A stretch of DNA of 64,000 nucleotides, from positions 5,517 through 69,516 of the forward strand of contig JAUXSN010000003.1 in NCBI GenBank assembly GCA_030679895.1, read 5' to 3'. This DNA comes from Candidatus Moraniibacteriota bacterium (lineage in GTDB: Bacteria > Patescibacteriota > Minisyncoccia > Moranbacterales > UBA11712). The position numbers were made by a program, and so were the translations under genes. Below, one piece after another: positions 26,924 through 35,479 of the stretch. Numbering within the stretch: position 1 is the first letter of the stretch; each line of letters begins with the position of its first letter. The notes under the pieces are model-generated. The model saw only the letters and a program-made list of their open reading frames with translations, made no database searches and had not been told where the DNA came from.

Positions 26924-27029
26924 ATCTTTAATTTTATTTATCTGCCAACATTCTACCACAAAAAGAAAAGTCCTCCCAAGGTCGGTTAACCCCGGAAGAA
27001 CTTCGCGAAATTTTGGGCGCGCGTTGGCG

Positions 27030-27197
27030 CTATGGGTTTTTCCTGGCGATGATGATAATATCGTCGCCATCGTATCTGATTTCCTTTACCCGCTCGCCAA
27101 TTCCTTGCAGAGCAGCAAGGTTATCATAAGGAATGTCGAGAATTTGAGCTACTCTTCCGCCTTTTCGTCTTTCTTCAATGATGTCAACCAAAGCCAT
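27030..27197 (-). CDS. small hypothetical protein (55 aa)
   Basis: MALVDIIEERRKGGRVAQILDIPYDNLAALQGIGERVKEIRYDGDDIIIIARKNP; AGGAGA immediately upstream of ATG; hairpin+T-run further upstream on same strand. Confidence 0.3.
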   Translation of the reverse strand: MALVDIIEERRKGGRVAQILDIPYDNLAALQGIGERVKEIRYDGDDIIIIARKNP

Positions 27198-27492
27198 TCT
27201 CCTTTTTTTTCGAATTTTCGAAAATAAAAAACCGCGCCTTGGAAGGCCGGTCTTTGGTTTGCTTATAATTCTTCGGAAGCTTTATCTTTTTGCTAAAATT
27301 CTATTCAAACCAAAACCGACCTGGCGCGTAAACCAGAAAAAATAATAGCTGGAAGAAAAAGTTTTGGATTGCTTAGAATTCATTACGATATTATATTAGC
27401 AAACTTGAAATTTATGTCAAGTATTTGCAATTAATATCTCTTGATGGATCAGGTATAATTTTGTATTATCAATATATAAAAATCTCTAATTT

Positions 27493-28674
27493 ATGGCATC
27501 GAAAGTCATTTTCGCCTCCACTCAAGACTCCGATATGCGCTACGCGGTGAAAACCCCCATCACCAGCTCTTTTTTCTATGTCGAAACTAAAGGAAAAAAA
27601 TACGCTTTTCTCGACAAGGTTGATTTTGGCACTATTTGCCCTTCAAAAGGTTTGACCTTGGGGAATTCCCCGACGAGTAGTCGGGGAAGGAAAAGGTCGA
27701 ACCTTGAAACGATTCCACTTGAACCTCTCGCAAAAGAGGCTAGAAAGCTAAAATTCCAGACTTCCAACCGCAATAAGCTGGCTTATTATATTTTTAAAAA
27801 ATACAAACTTTTGGGCCGCGAAGTCGAAGTGCCCATCCACTTTCCGCTCGATATGGCTGATTTTCTGCGAAAGAAAGGCGCGAAACTCGTTCCCACTTTT
27901 CCATTTTTTCCGGAAAGAGCCGTGAAAACCGAAGAAGAAATCGAATATATCAAAGAGTGCCTTGCTCACACAAGGCTGGCTTTTCGGATAATAGAAAATA
28001 TCTTGAGAACATCGGAAATTTCCGCCCGAGGCAGATTCGCCTTTGGCGAAAAAATTTATTACAAGAATAAAGTTCTTACATCGGAATTTTTGAAGCAGGA
28101 AGCCGAAAAAGCGCTCATCGAAAAAGGCATGTTTGACCTATTGGGAATGATTATCTCCACCGGCGAGCAGACCGCCGTTCCCCATCACGATGGAACCGGA
28201 CCAATCCATCCGCACCGACCCGTTGTCTGCGATATTTTCCCCCGCCACCGGAAATCCGGCTATTTCGCTGACATGACCCGAACTTTCGTCAAAGGAAAAC
28301 CCTCGCCGGAAATTCAAAAAATGTACGCCGCCGTTCTCAAGGCCCAGCTCGCCGCCATGAAAAAAATCCGCGCCGGAATGAGCGCGAAAGAAATCTATGA
28401 CGTCGCAACGGATATTATATCAAAAGAAGGCTATGATGTTGGCGAAAAAGGTTTTATTCATGGTCTCGGCCACGGCGTCGGACTCGACATCCACGAAAAA
28501 CCCAGCCTCAAGCCCCATTCGGAAGATGTTTTGGAAGCGGGGAACGTCATCACTATCGAGCCGGGATTATATTATCCGAAAGTTGGGGGCATTCGAATCG
28601 AGGATATGGTTCTCGTCACCAAAACCGGTTGCAAAAATCTGACCAATTATCCGAAAAAGCTGATTATTCCTTAA
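27493..28674 (+). CDS. M24 family metallopeptidase (Xaa-Pro aminopeptidase/dipeptidase)
   Basis: 393 aa; HGLGHGVGLDIHEKP and GIRIEDMVLVT metal-binding motifs. Confidence 0.8.
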   Translation: MASKVIFASTQDSDMRYAVKTPITSSFFYVETKGKKYAFLDKVDFGTICPSKGLTLGNSPTSSRGRKRSNLETIPLEPLAKEARKLKFQTSNRNKLAYYIFKKYKLLGREVEVPIHFPLDMADFLRKKGAKLVPTFPFFPERAVKTEEEIEYIKECLAHTRLAFRIIENILRTSEISARGRFAFGEKIYYKNKVLTSEFLKQEAEKALIEKGMFDLLGMIISTGEQTAVPHHDGTGPIHPHRPVVCDIFPRHRKSGYFADMTRTFVKGKPSPEIQKMYAAVLKAQLAAMKKIRAGMSAKEIYDVATDIISKEGYDVGEKGFIHGLGHGVGLDIHEKPSLKPHSEDVLEAGNVITIEPGLYYPKVGGIRIEDMVLVTKTGCKNLTNYPKKLIIP

Positions 28675-28723
28675 GCATTTGCCTCGATCAGCATAGGACA
28701 TCGACAACTCTTTCAAAAAAATA

Positions 28724-28758
28724 AGGCCGGCTCCCTTGGGGGCCGGCGCTTTTTATTT
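28724..28758 (+). terminator. rho-independent terminator
   Basis: aggccggc-tcccttgg-gggccggcg followed by ctttttattt. Confidence 0.65.
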
Positions 28759-28787
28759 CTGATAACGACGTTGCGCATGACTTGCCG

Positions 28788-29099
28788 CTAATGAAAAGAC
28801 GCGTGCTGGTCGAGTGCATACTCAACCTTCTTTTCTATCACCTCCTCGGATACGATATCCAAGAGGTGGGCATTTTGATTTATCACCTCCCGAATTATGA
28901 TGGGTCTGGCAACTGACAATCTGCAAGAATCGCAGATATCGAAGTTGATATTCGTGTTCACCTCCTCCAGATAAAGGCTGTTGTTGCAGGCAACGCTTTC
29001 TTCGCAGCATGTCCCGCAAATCCATTTCGCCAATTGACCAACTTCATGGCTGGCGACAGATGGAACAGCGCCTCCTTGACCTGAACCGTTCATGGACAC
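28788..29099 (-). CDS. small Cys-rich protein (possible metal/FeS-binding)
   Basis: 103 aa; WICGTCCEESVACNNS...CDSC. Confidence 0.4.
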   Translation of the reverse strand: MSMNGSGQGGAVPSVASHEVGQLAKWICGTCCEESVACNNSLYLEEVNTNINFDICDSCRLSVARPIIIREVINQNAHLLDIVSEEVIEKKVEYALDQHASFH

Positions 29100-29230
29100 C
29101 TCCGTTGAGAATTTGATGCAAACTATATTTCTTTAATCTACTTATTTTATAACAAATGTCAACTAAAACAAGAAAATCCGCCATAAAAACGCGGAACTTT
29201 ATACATTACTAACGAGATCCGGCTTAATCA

Positions 29231-29734
29231 TTATTTTTTCAAAACTTCATATTTCACAACCGCCGTATTTTCATTAATTTCGGAAACATCAATCATTTTC
29301 AGATCAATATCAAAGTCCCCGCCGAAAACTCCAAGACCGTCGCCGAATATTTTCGGCTCGATCGTGAGCCAGATTTCGTCGATGAGTTTTCGCTCGAGAA
29401 ATTGGGAGTTCATATATGTCCCGCCGCCCAAAATTGCGGATTTATATCCCATTTTTTCCAGTTCTTCCAAAACTTTTTCCGGCTCTCCCGTTACCCATTT
29501 CACGTTTTCCGTTTCCGGTGGATTTTCAAGCAGCGTAAAAACCACATTGAGCCGATCCGGTAAAGGTTTTGGGAATGTGAAAAAGGTTTTGTCTCCCATA
29601 ATCACCACTCCATGTTCTTTGGAAGTTTTCGCAAACAGCTTCTTGTCTTCTTTCGATGTCCAATCGGGAAAATGATCGCTGTTTTTGGCGATTTTCCCGT
29701 CAGCGGTCATGGCCATCATCAAAATTATTTTCAT
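29231..29734 (-). CDS. dihydrofolate reductase family protein (RibD C-terminal-like)
   Basis: 167 aa; MKIILMMAMTADGKIA..., adjacent to thyA. Confidence 0.7.
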   Translation of the reverse strand: MKIILMMAMTADGKIAKNSDHFPDWTSKEDKKLFAKTSKEHGVVIMGDKTFFTFPKPLPDRLNVVFTLLENPPETENVKWVTGEPEKVLEELEKMGYKSAILGGGTYMNSQFLERKLIDEIWLTIEPKIFGDGLGVFGGDFDIDLKMIDVSEINENTAVVKYEVLKK

Positions 29735-29744
29735 ATTGAAATTT

Positions 29745-29787
29745 CCTAAAGTTAAGCTTTCGGATTTTCCTAAAGCTTAACTTTAGG
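29745..29787. repeat. CCTAA..TTAGG-type palindromic hairpin
   Basis: cctaaagttaagcttt-cggattttcc-taaagcttaactttagg between thyA and DHFR-like gene. Confidence 0.8.
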
Positions 29788-30787
29788 AACCGCCGACGTT
29801 GACGATTTCCGCTTTGATCGCCGGATGGGGATCATAGCCTTCAAGCGTGAAGTCTTCGTAGACAAAGTCGTCGATATCTTTTTTGTCCGGATTCAGCTTT
29901 AATGTCGGAAAAGACCTCGGCTCGCGCGCCAATTGCTCTTTCACCTGCTCGAAATGATTGGAATAGATGTGGACATCGCCAAAAAAATGGACGAACTCGC
30001 CGGCCGGAATTCCCGTCACTTGCGAAACCATTTGAAGAAGAAGCGCGTAGCTCGCTATATTGAACGGCACGCCCAGAAAAAGATCGGCGCTTCTTTGATA
30101 CATTCCCAAATTCAATTTGTCGTTCACCACCGCGAACTGAAAAGTGGTGTGGCAAAAAGGAGGAACTTCGTTTTTGTTTTGCGGGGAGGCCATAGCGTAG
30201 ATGAAGTCCGGATTCCAGGCCGAAACGCAATATGATTTTCGGTACGGCTTGTCTTTGAGGCCTTTGATGCAATAACCCAGTTGGTCGATAAGATGTCCGT
30301 CACTTCCCGGCCATTTGCGCCACATCCGGCCGTAGATTGTGACTAGATCGCCCCATTTTTTCACAAAATCGCTGTCCGCCGGTTCCGATTTCAGCTTCGC
30401 TATGAAATCTTTTTGTTCCAAATCTTGCTCCGGCGCGTTCTCAAGGCAGTGTTTGTGATATTTTTTCCAGGCCCACTCATCCCAAATGTGGACATCGCGA
30501 TCGACAAGATATTTGATGTTCGAATCCCCGGTCAGAAACCAAAGGAGTTCTTCAAAAACCCCCCGATAGAAAACTTTTTTCGTCGTAAGGAGGGGGAATC
30601 CCTGCGCGAGATCAAAGCGAATCACCCTCCCGAAAACCGAACGGATGAAAGGCAGATCTTCGCCTTTTTTCCGATACTGCTCCTGAACTTCCGGCGTGAG
30701 GAATAGCGGCTTATCCGCGCCATTTTCGAGAATATCCTTGATAAGATTGAGATATTGATATTCGGGATGGGTTTGGTTTTTATTCAT
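29783..30787 (-). CDS. thyA: thymidylate synthase
   Basis: 334 aa; ...PFCHTTFQFAV..., SADLFLGVPFNIASYALLLQMV, conserved ThyA core throughout. Confidence 0.9.
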   Translation of the reverse strand: MNKNQTHPEYQYLNLIKDILENGADKPLFLTPEVQEQYRKKGEDLPFIRSVFGRVIRFDLAQGFPLLTTKKVFYRGVFEELLWFLTGDSNIKYLVDRDVHIWDEWAWKKYHKHCLENAPEQDLEQKDFIAKLKSEPADSDFVKKWGDLVTIYGRMWRKWPGSDGHLIDQLGYCIKGLKDKPYRKSYCVSAWNPDFIYAMASPQNKNEVPPFCHTTFQFAVVNDKLNLGMYQRSADLFLGVPFNIASYALLLQMVSQVTGIPAGEFVHFFGDVHIYSNHFEQVKEQLAREPRSFPTLKLNPDKKDIDDFVYEDFTLEGYDPHPAIKAEIVNVGGS

Positions 30788-30812
30788 TTTCCTAAAGTCA
30801 AACTTTTTAAAA

Positions 30813-31892
30813 TTATAATCCGAGCAATTCCACTAGTTGCCGCACGAGCGAAAGCGCCACCGGCGGAGCAAGAAGGCTATACACTTCCATACCCTCGTCA
30901 TCTTTCACAATAAAAGGCTTTTCAATCGTTTTCACTTTCTTGGTCGCATCGTCAAATTCATATGAATAGGCTGGAGTTATTTCATAATCGTCAACATATT
31001 CTTTTGACTTTTCAACCGAAACGGCATTGCGAATGAGTCCTTTCTTGATACCATGCAGAGAGAAAATTTTCTCAATCAACTGATCATCCAGTTCCAGCCT
31101 GTCCCGGATGGATTCGATTCCCATCTCATCTCCTTCTTTACCGTACATCCTGGAACGTTTGTGATCGGGATTATCGCAAATCAAATAGAACTGCTTTTCT
31201 TTTTCGTCGTATTCAACTTCTTGGGTAGTGAAAAGCTTCAAATTGCGCGGCGTGTGGCAGATCGGACAAACGCGGCGCCACCTCATACGCTCATCAATGA
31301 CAGCCTCAGGAATATCGATTGCAATGAAGATGTCAGGATCCTGTCGGTAATCAACCAATTGCTTGAAAAACAAGGAATAGGAAACCTGATCTAAATTTCT
31401 CGGAAAACCGTCGACAAAGATTATTTTCTTTCCAATTTTGTCGATTTCCCTCTTTACCATGGCCATTATAAATTCATTCGGAAGCAAAGTTTTCTGGTCT
31501 CGTCCCAAAAGTGCGTCAATTGCTTGTTCGGGAGAAATATAACCTCGATAATTCTCATGAAGGTAGTCAAGGAGTTCCTTTTTCTGATTCTCGTCTTCCA
31601 TCGCCGTGTGAACATCCCGAACGATGTCTCCCACTGAAAGGTGGGCAATTTTGTCACGGCCGAAAATCTCCATCAAAAGTTTGGTATAGGTTCCCTTTCC
31701 GGCATTCTTTTTGCCGAGAAGATAGACGATAAAAGTTTTTCCTTCATCGATATATTTTTTCAGTTTTGCTATATCCTCGCCAGCTTTGGCCTCAAAGTAT
31801 TCTTTTCTTTTATTTATGTCCGATAGATTATATTTCTTCGTCATACCCTCAGCTTTTGTCGAGAACAGCGGAAATTCTTTTTCGTATTTCAT
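30813..31892 (-). CDS. adenylate kinase family nucleotide kinase (extended)
   Basis: 359 aa; P-loop LLGKKNAGKGTYT, NMP-site IIFVDGFPRNLDQ, Zn-lid-like CPICHTPRN...CDNPDH. Confidence 0.6.
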   Translation of the reverse strand: MKYEKEFPLFSTKAEGMTKKYNLSDINKRKEYFEAKAGEDIAKLKKYIDEGKTFIVYLLGKKNAGKGTYTKLLMEIFGRDKIAHLSVGDIVRDVHTAMEDENQKKELLDYLHENYRGYISPEQAIDALLGRDQKTLLPNEFIMAMVKREIDKIGKKIIFVDGFPRNLDQVSYSLFFKQLVDYRQDPDIFIAIDIPEAVIDERMRWRRVCPICHTPRNLKLFTTQEVEYDEKEKQFYLICDNPDHKRSRMYGKEGDEMGIESIRDRLELDDQLIEKIFSLHGIKKGLIRNAVSVEKSKEYVDDYEITPAYSYEFDDATKKVKTIEKPFIVKDDEGMEVYSLLAPPVALSLVRQLVELLGL

Positions 31893-32041
31893 GGTTTATT
31901 TAGATAGTTAAGGGATTTATAAAAAATTAGCTTTCCCCAGCTAACATTCTGATTTTAGCAGAGAAAAAAAATTGAGGCAAGAAAAAAGGGAGCCCGAAGA
32001 CCCCCGATAAACGCATAGAATGAAGAATTGAAAGCCGGAAG

Positions 32042-32533
32042 TCAGCGCTGGCCTTTCGCGAGGCTGGATCTGTCAACCTCCAGATAGTATATTTCTGTGT
32101 CGCCGCCGCCATACATTTTCTTTCGCCATTCCCCCTGAACCCTGGCCGGAGATAAGATATTGTCAGTTTTGCACCGAATCAATATGGCACAGCAACCGCC
32201 TTCTTTTCCCCTCAAATAAAAGAGGTGGCCGGAATCAAACGCTTCCGTCCATTCAAGATTGTCTCTGTGGCCGAAAGGGTTTCTTGTTATTTTTTCCGGA
32301 AAACCAATCACCTCCAGTTTCGCTCCTACGGGAAATTCCTTTGGGCTTATCGCCAATTCCCCGATTGGTACGTATTGGTAGTGGTATTCTTCATCACTCT
32401 TACCCCCTCCGCATCCCATCACCACGGCCAAAATGAAAATGAGCAATAAGTTTCTCAAAGCCTGCATGAGGCATACCCCCTTTTTTTTATGAGAATTTTT
32501 CTTTTTCATAGCAGGAAAAGAGATTTTTTGCAA
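32042..32533 (-). CDS. lipoprotein (hypothetical); likely start at internal Met 32467
   Basis: MQALRNLLLIFILAVVMGCGGG lipobox. Confidence 0.45.
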   Translation of the reverse strand: MQKISFPAMKKKNSHKKKGVCLMQALRNLLLIFILAVVMGCGGGKSDEEYHYQYVPIGELAISPKEFPVGAKLEVIGFPEKITRNPFGHRDNLEWTEAFDSGHLFYLRGKEGGCCAILIRCKTDNILSPARVQGEWRKKMYGGGDTEIYYLEVDRSSLAKGQR

Positions 32534-32748
32534 GAAAAAAGGCCGAGTCGTTTGACTGGCCTCTTCGGTTGAATCCCGAGGGAAAGAAGTTTTTTAACTT
32601 CACTCGGGCCTCCTTTTGCGTATTGTGTTTAGGACGCCTCCCCGCCGCGATGTTCCGCGACGTTTTAGATTTTTGTCAAACTGCGCTCCGGGAAATTCAC
32701 GGAGCAACTCAGTTGAACTTGGGCATCACCTCCTTGGTCGTAAATGGA

Positions 32749-32847
32749 TTAGATTAAGACCGAATCCAGTAAACCAACAAGGCAGAGCCAAATTATAATA
32801 TGTATAACTATACACCGCGCCGGCTCAAGCGCTTCCCATAGTTTCAT
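32749..32847 (-). CDS. possible small hydrophobic peptide (32 aa)
   Basis: MKLWEALEPARCIVIHIIIWLCLVGLLDSVLI with AGGGGTGA SD 4 nt upstream; within otherwise non-coding 340-nt spacer. Confidence 0.2.
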   Translation of the reverse strand: MKLWEALEPARCIVIHIIIWLCLVGLLDSVLI

Positions 32848-32875
32848 GGCATCACCCCTTCTTGGTAATAACTGT

Positions 32876-33271
32876 TTATTCCGTTCGGAGATATTTCGGG
32901 TCCGGGACCGCATTGTCGGAAGCGATGTACAGAATAACGGAACCAGCACCTCCGATAAATGATTTCAAAATCGCATCTCCAGGATAACCGTTTTTGGCTG
33001 AATGATCTTTCAAATACGCGGTAATCTCCGGGTTGCGAAACCTTTCACCGTTAGTTGATGTATAAATGTAACGATAAGTATAGTTTCGTTTTTCAGATGG
33101 CATAAAATCCACCGCTGTCCCGAATTTTTTCTTTAAGGTGCTGTTGAACTGGTCCACGTTTACTACGGGACGATAATCGACCTTTGGAAGAACCGGGATT
33201 AATACCAGAAATAGAATGAGCCCCACAAAAATAATGCCCACGATGTAAGCAATAATTCTTCCCAAATTCAT
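32876..33271 (-). CDS. membrane-anchored hypothetical protein
   Basis: Start at internal Met (MNLGRIIAYIVGIIFVGLILFLVLIPV) with AGGAAGGGGA SD; upstream ORF part low-complexity. Confidence 0.45.
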   Translation of the reverse strand: MNLGRIIAYIVGIIFVGLILFLVLIPVLPKVDYRPVVNVDQFNSTLKKKFGTAVDFMPSEKRNYTYRYIYTSTNGERFRNPEITAYLKDHSAKNGYPGDAILKSFIGGAGSVILYIASDNAVPDPKYLRTE

Positions 33272-33473
33272 ATCTTTCCCCTTCCTCGAGAAATTTTTTT
33301 TAATCTCATACGCGCACTTTCGTGCAGCGTAATGTATCATTTTATCACAAAAAAACAGCCGTGTCAATCGGTTGTGAAACATTCGATAAAAGAGGCTTAT
33401 AAAAGCCTTGGAAAAGGCGGATAAAAAATTGAATAAATCAATACTGACTCGACAATCATAATTGCTTCTCAAT

Positions 33474-33617
33474 TGTCATCCCGGGCTTGACCCGGGATCC
33501 AGAAAATAAAATTTTGTGCAAAGAAACTGGATTCCCGCTTTCGCGGGAATGACACTGCATTTATATTTTTGAGTTTTGCGCTGTGGCTTTGCGCTTTGCA
33601 TTTTGAGTTTTGCGTTT
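33474..33617. repeat. intergenic palindromic element, family B (TGTCATCCCGC cruciform core + gttttgc-repeat arm)
   Basis: tgtcatcccgggcttgacccgggatccag...ctggattcccgctttcgcgggaatgaca then gagttttgcgctgtggctttgcgctttgcattttgagttttgcg; copies also at 44003-44148, 55010-55119, 59041-59262. Confidence 0.8.
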
Positions 33618-34650
33618 ATTTTAATTTAGTTTGCCCTCTCTTCGTCATTTCAAATTTCAATTCGCCAAATTCCATTGTGCGATCGGGATTGATTGTCACT
33701 TCCACTCCCAGACCTTCCATCGTTTCTTTTTGAAAATACTGGTCGAAGACGAAATTTCCAAGAGAATAATATATTTTTTTGCTGTTGTATTCCTCGCTGT
33801 TTTGAACAACGTGCGGGTGTGTGCCGATGATTGCGTCCGCGCCGGCATCGATGAACCGGTAGGCGAGAGCGCGAACCGCTTCTCCCGGATCGCCCGTTTT
33901 GTATTCCGTCCCCCAATGCGGGCAGACGATAACGATATCCGACTGCTCTTTCGCCGATTTGATGTCTTCGATCGCCGCTTCAATCGAATCCGTGACGGAA
34001 TAGTTATAACTCACAAACTCAATTCTCATTCCTTCAATTTCTTTCTCCCTACTTGGAAACTTAGTTTCCAAGTCGCCTATATTTCCGAAGTACTCCACTC
34101 CCGCTTCATCCAGATATTTTTTCGTCTGCTCGACACCCTTCGCGCCTTGATTGAGAATATGATTGTTGCCCAAATTAATTAGTTTTATATTATTCTCCGC
34201 GAGAGTCTTTGCCACTGCTGGATCAAAAGTGAAAACAAAATTCTTGCTTTCGCCAATTTTTGTATTTACACTGATTGACTTGTTTTCCGTTATCGGCCCT
34301 TCGAGGTTGCCCACGACAAGATCATATTCGGACAATTTTTCTTTCAGCGACTCGAGAGCGTAGTTGTAGTCGCCGCTGCCATATTTCCCCACCGCCTCCC
34401 GAATATGCCGGTCAAACATCATATCCCCGATGAATAGAATTTTGATGGGTTTGTTATCGTTTATGTTATTTTCCGGCGCTGGCTTGTTTTCGCTTCTTAA
34501 ATCAACCGCGCTTTGCATCGAGGAAATGCTTTTTTGCTCCTGCGCTTTCTCTTCTTTTGCTTGCTTTCTCAAATCAACATTTTGCGCACAACCCGCTAAA
34601 AATAGCACGCTAAGAAATAAAAAAGTAATTTTAAATTTTACATTTTGCAT
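33616..34650 (-). CDS. CapA/PgsA family metallophosphatase-like protein (poly-gamma-glutamate capsule synthesis family), lipoprotein
   Basis: 344 aa; signal FLAGC; ILFIGDMMFDR, GNHILNQG, VCPHWGTEY, IIGTHPHVVQ; contains in-frame palindromic insert encoding LETKFPS. Confidence 0.75.
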   Translation of the reverse strand: MQNVKFKITFLFLSVLFLAGCAQNVDLRKQAKEEKAQEQKSISSMQSAVDLRSENKPAPENNINDNKPIKILFIGDMMFDRHIREAVGKYGSGDYNYALESLKEKLSEYDLVVGNLEGPITENKSISVNTKIGESKNFVFTFDPAVAKTLAENNIKLINLGNNHILNQGAKGVEQTKKYLDEAGVEYFGNIGDLETKFPSREKEIEGMRIEFVSYNYSVTDSIEAAIEDIKSAKEQSDIVIVCPHWGTEYKTGDPGEAVRALAYRFIDAGADAIIGTHPHVVQNSEEYNSKKIYYSLGNFVFDQYFQKETMEGLGVEVTINPDRTMEFGELKFEMTKRGQTKLK

Positions 34651-35479
34651 TTTGACTTTTACACTTATATATTATGTCTCCCTTTTCATCCGTCCTCAAA
34701 ATTTCGACGCCTTTATTCTTGAATTCTTCCAGAATAATTTCCGTCGGATGTCCGTAGGAATTGTTTTTGCCGACGGAAATTACGGCATCTTTCGGCGTCA
34801 CCTTATCAAGAAACGCGTCCGTTGTCGAATATTTCGAGCCATGATGGGCCACTTTCAGGATATCCGCGTCGATGTTTTCGCCGCTTTCAAGAATTTCATT
34901 TTCAGCGGAGGATTCGATATCGCCCGTGAAAAGAAAAGAGCTCTCTCCAAAATCCAGCCGCGTTACGACCGATTTGTTGTTCGCTTCGCCGATCGCGGGA
35001 TCAACTAGCGCTTGGGGATGAATAATTTTTATTTCGGCGTCATCGAAGCTTATCTTGTCGCCCCGCATAGCTTCGATTGTCTCAACTTTGTTATAGTCCA
35101 AAATCTCTTTCCATTCCTTATAGACCTCGGTATTCTTTCCCGCGCCAGTCGTCAAAACTTTCCCGATCTTATAATTCCTCGCCGCTTCCACGAGCCCCGC
35201 GATATGATCCTTGTCCGGATGAGTCGCGATCACGACATCAATCTCGTTGTCAAAATAGGGCATATATTTTCCCAGTTTCGCCATTTCCACTTTCCCGCTC
35301 GGCCCGCCGTCAATCAAAATCTGCTTTGTCCCTTTTTGAATCAAAATTGAATCCCCCTGCCCGACATCGAGAAAAATAATCTGTAGGTGTCCGACACCTA
35401 CAGAAATTTGGTAGGAGAGATAGGCAAATATGGCCGCTAAAGCCGCGAGCGTTATTAAATAAAGTTTTCTATTCTGCAT
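34631..35479 (-). CDS. ComEC-type metallo-beta-lactamase domain protein
   Basis: Start at internal Met MQNRKLYLITLAALAAIF; HPDKDHIAGL and VAHHGSKYS MBL motifs. Confidence 0.65.
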   Translation of the reverse strand: MQNRKLYLITLAALAAIFAYLSYQISVGVGHLQIIFLDVGQGDSILIQKGTKQILIDGGPSGKVEMAKLGKYMPYFDNEIDVVIATHPDKDHIAGLVEAARNYKIGKVLTTGAGKNTEVYKEWKEILDYNKVETIEAMRGDKISFDDAEIKIIHPQALVDPAIGEANNKSVVTRLDFGESSFLFTGDIESSAENEILESGENIDADILKVAHHGSKYSTTDAFLDKVTPKDAVISVGKNNSYGHPTEIILEEFKNKGVEILRTDEKGDIIYKCKSQNAKCKI

